A stretch of DNA of 63,677 bases, filler included, from Choristocarpus tenellus KU-1152 (lineage: Eukaryota > Protista > Phaeophyceae): NCBI GenBank assembly GCA_964200185.2. It is 12 parts of 12 records of this genome, joined end to end, with 100 filler letters (N's around TTAATTAATTAA, not from the genome) between each part and the next. Parts side by side here need not be neighbours in the genome. Positions count along the whole stretch, not along the records: positions 56,155 to 63,677 come from CAXNAD020006024.1; 11 more parts are not named here. One strand, 5' to 3'. Under the pieces are notes generated by a model. The model was not told the DNA's origin. It saw nothing but the letters and a program-made list of their open reading frames with translations, and did no database searches. The translations under genes and the position numbers were made by a program. Below, in pieces: positions 63,290 to 63,677 of this stretch; the first letter of the stretch is position 1; each line of letters opens with the position of its first letter.

Positions 63290-63677
63290 TAACCTATCTG
63301 GTGAATAACTATAATATTACAGTATATACTATATGTTTAATTCGTCGACATCCCTTTTTTGTTTTTGTTACTGATCAATTTGAATTGAAGCCATACGTCA
63401 TATACTCTCTATCTGTGTGATGAATGATCACGTGAGTGCGACGTGTTTACGACTTCATAGTATGTACTACTGCAACTAAGGTCAATGAAGATATTCCAAC
63501 CGAGATCTGCAGTCAGAATATAAGGTATCCATTCTTCATGAGGGGTAACATAGTCTCTTCTATACATCACTCTCATCCCATGGTGACTCACTATCCATCT
63601 GACGTACGGTGTAGTTCATGTTCGATTAGACTCTTCCAACTCTATCGGACAGTTACGGTAAATTATTTATGGAGTAA

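Overview
Intron-rich eukaryotic nuclear DNA. The gene content (plastid-type presequence, stramenopile-like enzymes, TTAGGG repeats) is most consistent with a photosynthetic stramenopile such as a brown alga; this is inference. The window is 12 sequence segments joined by 11 identical artificial 100-bp spacers (N44-TTAATTAATTAA-N44), so adjacency across spacers is not biological evidence and most genes are partial. Complete genes: a DUF866/CZIB-family gene (both CXXC motifs lost), a ribonucleotide reductase small-subunit (R2) gene, and tRNA-Thr(AGT). The R2 gene lies head-to-head with the first two exons of a second, selectively constrained R2 paralogue. Partial genes: tRNA-binding (EMAP-II/Arc1p-type) domain, VWA (alpha2/delta- or CACHD1-like) domain, front-end fatty-acid desaturase, TPR-like protein, class II ketose-bisphosphate aldolase, PsbP-like lumen protein, RlmD/RumA-type RNA m5U methyltransferase, WS/DGAT. 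Repeats: several MITE families with GAGT(C/G)AAA-type termini, Tc1/IS630-like and pogo-like transposase relics, Copia-like relics, and frequent interstitial TTAGGG tracts. All exon models and family calls were made by eye, without database searches.
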